Source: Candidatus Limnocylindria bacterium
Lineage (GTDB): Bacteria > Methylomirabilota > Methylomirabilia > Rokubacteriales > CSP1-6
Direction of reading: 5' to 3'
NCBI GenBank assembly: GCA_035524955.1
Contig: DATLFG010000072.1
Span: 66,173-130,172, forward strand
DNA length: 64,000 nt
In this document: positions 62,428-64,000 of the stretch, in pieces
How positions within the stretch are numbered: the first letter of the stretch is position 1
Layout: each line of letters begins with the position of its first letter
Position numbers and translations under genes: made by a program
Notes under the pieces: generated by a model
The model's input: the letters and a program-made list of their open reading frames with translations, nothing else
The model's database searches: none
Told to the model about the DNA's origin: nothing

Positions 62428-64000
62428 ATGCGCGAGATGAGCCGCCGGCAGAAGCGCTGGCTGATCGTCCTGGCCGCCTTGCTGGTGGTGGGCATCGCGT
62501 TCATCTGGACACTGCCCGAGATCGTCAAGTGGCAGGCGCTCAAGCAGATCCCGGCAATCACCGGGCGGGCCGTCGCGATCGAGGACATCGACATCAACCT
62601 GTTCACCGGGCGGGTGGCGATCAAGAACTTCCGCCTCGCGGAGCCGGATCCGGCCCAGGCCTTCGTCGAGCTCGAGCGGCTGGACGTGCGGGTGGTTCCG
62701 TGGTCGCCCATCTTCGGCCATGTCCGGGTCACGGAGCTGGTGCTCACCGCACCCACCGTGAAGCTGGTGCGCGTGAGCTCGACCGTGTTCAACTTCTCCG
62801 ACATCCTGGCCCGGCTCGCGACTACCGCGGGGCCACCGCCGCCGCCGCCCGCCGAGCCCGCGACCAAGTCGCGCTGGACGATCGGGATCGAGCGGTTCGC
62901 GCTGATCCGGGCCAATATCAACGCGACCGATCGCGCGGTCACCCCGGTGAGCGAGTGGAAGGTGCAGGACCTCTCGATCGACGCGGACAACCTCACGACC
63001 AAGCCCTCGGGGCCGGTCGGCCAGCTGGCGGTGCACGGCGCGCTCAACAACTCGCCGATCGAGTTCTCGGCCCAGGACATCGATCTGACGCCGACCTCGT
63101 TCGGCGGGAAGTTCTCGATCCAGAACTTCAGCCTGCTCCAGGTCCGGCCCTATCTCCCGCCCACGCTGCCCGCCTCGTTGGAGTCCGGCGTCGCGGGCGT
63201 GACCATGGCCGTCCAGCTCGAGCTGGGGCCGGGGGGCGGGCTCGCGGTCGGACTCGTCACCGGCGACGTGACGTTGACCGGCGTGGCGCTGGCCCAGCCC
63301 GGGAAGCCGACCCCGTTTCTCACGGTGCCGCGGATCGCGGTGGGGCTGAAGGAGGGCAACCTGGTCTCCCGCGTCGTCACCCTGTCGAGCGTGGACATCG
63401 AGGGGCTCGACCTCAAGGCGGTGCGCGACAAGCAGGAGACGATCGATCTGCTCCTGCTGACGAAGAAGCCGGATGGCGACGCCACCGGAGCTTCTGTTTC
63501 CAATGCGCTCGGCTCGCCTTCGGCTGCGCCTCGCAAACCCGGTGCGACGCCTCCCGCCGCTCCGAGCTCTCCCGCACCGGTGAAGCCGGAGGCGGAGTAC
63601 AAGATCACGGTGGAGAAGGTCGCGCTGAAGGGCGGCGCGACGTTCACGGACGAGGCGATCTCGGCGCCGCCGACCGTGCTGAAGCTCGGGGACCTCGCGG
63701 TGCAGCTGGACGACGTGACGTGGCCGAATATCCGGTCCATGAATCTGGCGGCGGCCGCGGAGCTGCCGGGTGGCGGCAAGGTCAACGCGAAGGGCGCGTT
63801 GAAGATCGAGCCGCTCGACCTGACCGTGACGCTCAACACCCGGAACGCGCCGATCGAGCCGTATCGGGCGTACTTTCCGTTCCCGGCGAGCTTCTCGGGG
63901 CGGTTCAACTCGGACAGCCAGAACCAGGTGCGCATCACCAACGGCAAGCTCACGGTGCGCTCCCGCGGCAAGAGCTGGGCCACCGACCTGGCCGTGAAGA
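62428..64000 (+). CDS. AsmA/DUF748-family protein. Partial: continues past the right window edge.
   Basis: N-terminal TM (RWLIVLAALLVVGIAFIW), then a long β-rich periplasmic region (…KNFRLAEPDPAQAFVELERLDVRVVPWSPIFGHVRVTELVLTAPTVKLV…). No stop before 64000, so it is absent from the track. Confidence 0.55.
   Translation, partial: MREMSRRQKRWLIVLAALLVVGIAFIWTLPEIVKWQALKQIPAITGRAVAIEDIDINLFTGRVAIKNFRLAEPDPAQAFVELERLDVRVVPWSPIFGHVRVTELVLTAPTVKLVRVSSTVFNFSDILARLATTAGPPPPPPAEPATKSRWTIGIERFALIRANINATDRAVTPVSEWKVQDLSIDADNLTTKPSGPVGQLAVHGALNNSPIEFSAQDIDLTPTSFGGKFSIQNFSLLQVRPYLPPTLPASLESGVAGVTMAVQLELGPGGGLAVGLVTGDVTLTGVALAQPGKPTPFLTVPRIAVGLKEGNLVSRVVTLSSVDIEGLDLKAVRDKQETIDLLLLTKKPDGDATGASVSNALGSPSAAPRKPGATPPAAPSSPAPVKPEAEYKITVEKVALKGGATFTDEAISAPPTVLKLGDLAVQLDDVTWPNIRSMNLAAAAELPGGGKVNAKGALKIEPLDLTVTLNTRNAPIEPYRAYFPFPASFSGRFNSDSQNQVRITNGKLTVRSRGKSWATDLAVK

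Noticed and set aside
1-64000. CRISPR arrays, rRNA/tRNA genes, transposases or integrases
   Set aside because: None found. The only direct-repeat arrays (20654-20895, 37027-37125) lack spacer-like unique inserts and cas genes. No tRNA-like cloverleaf was found in any intergenic gap over 60 nt.

Overview
This 64 kb window is a very high-GC (~70%) bacterial chromosomal segment, probably from an uncultivated lineage. It is densely packed with genes on both strands. The ORF track reports the longest possible ORFs with ATG or GTG starts, so many listed ORFs are GC-driven artefacts on the wrong strand, or over-extensions of real genes. I recalled gene starts from start-codon and Shine-Dalgarno context.

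Genes called, in order:
- A CaiB/BaiF CoA-transferase (partial, at the left window edge) and an HpcH/HpaI aldolase.
- A sugar ABC-transporter binding protein and two permeases.
- A YbaK deacylase and an enoyl-CoA hydratase.
- A translationally coupled trio: a stand-alone Cfa N-terminal domain, a geranylgeranyl-reductase-family flavoprotein, and a Cfa-like SAM methyltransferase.
- An acyl-CoA synthetase and a HAMP adenylate cyclase whose periplasmic sensor carries a CxxCH heme-c motif.
- An MFS transporter, a class I FBPase and a class I aldolase.
- A branched-chain amino-acid ABC operon (livG-F-H-M-K order), interrupted by an ~80-bp tandem hairpin repeat.
- EttA, a PPOX-type flavoprotein and a DAO-family flavoprotein.
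- A 4xGAF NarX-like histidine kinase with a NarL-type response regulator and a CheY-like regulator.
- Two short-chain dehydrogenases, RNase D and an internally duplicated membrane protein.
- A ~14 kb lipid island: LpxL-type acyltransferase, KS, small KS-like, dedicated ACP, KS, KS-Q chain-length factor, a fused ArnC-like GT2 and flavin halogenase, FtsX/ABC exporter, ArnT-like GT-C, DedA, and a B12-radical-SAM enzyme.
- SerA and a cupin.
- zwf, an RpiB-PGI fusion and an FGGY kinase.
- A UGSC-type selenoprotein candidate with an in-frame TGA and a downstream hairpin.
- An EamA transporter, two 3-hydroxyisobutyrate-dehydrogenase paralogs, and a partial AsmA/DUF748 gene at the right edge.

Two dispersed palindromic repeat families and several unusual palindromes are also present. 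No tRNA, rRNA, CRISPR array or transposase was recognised.
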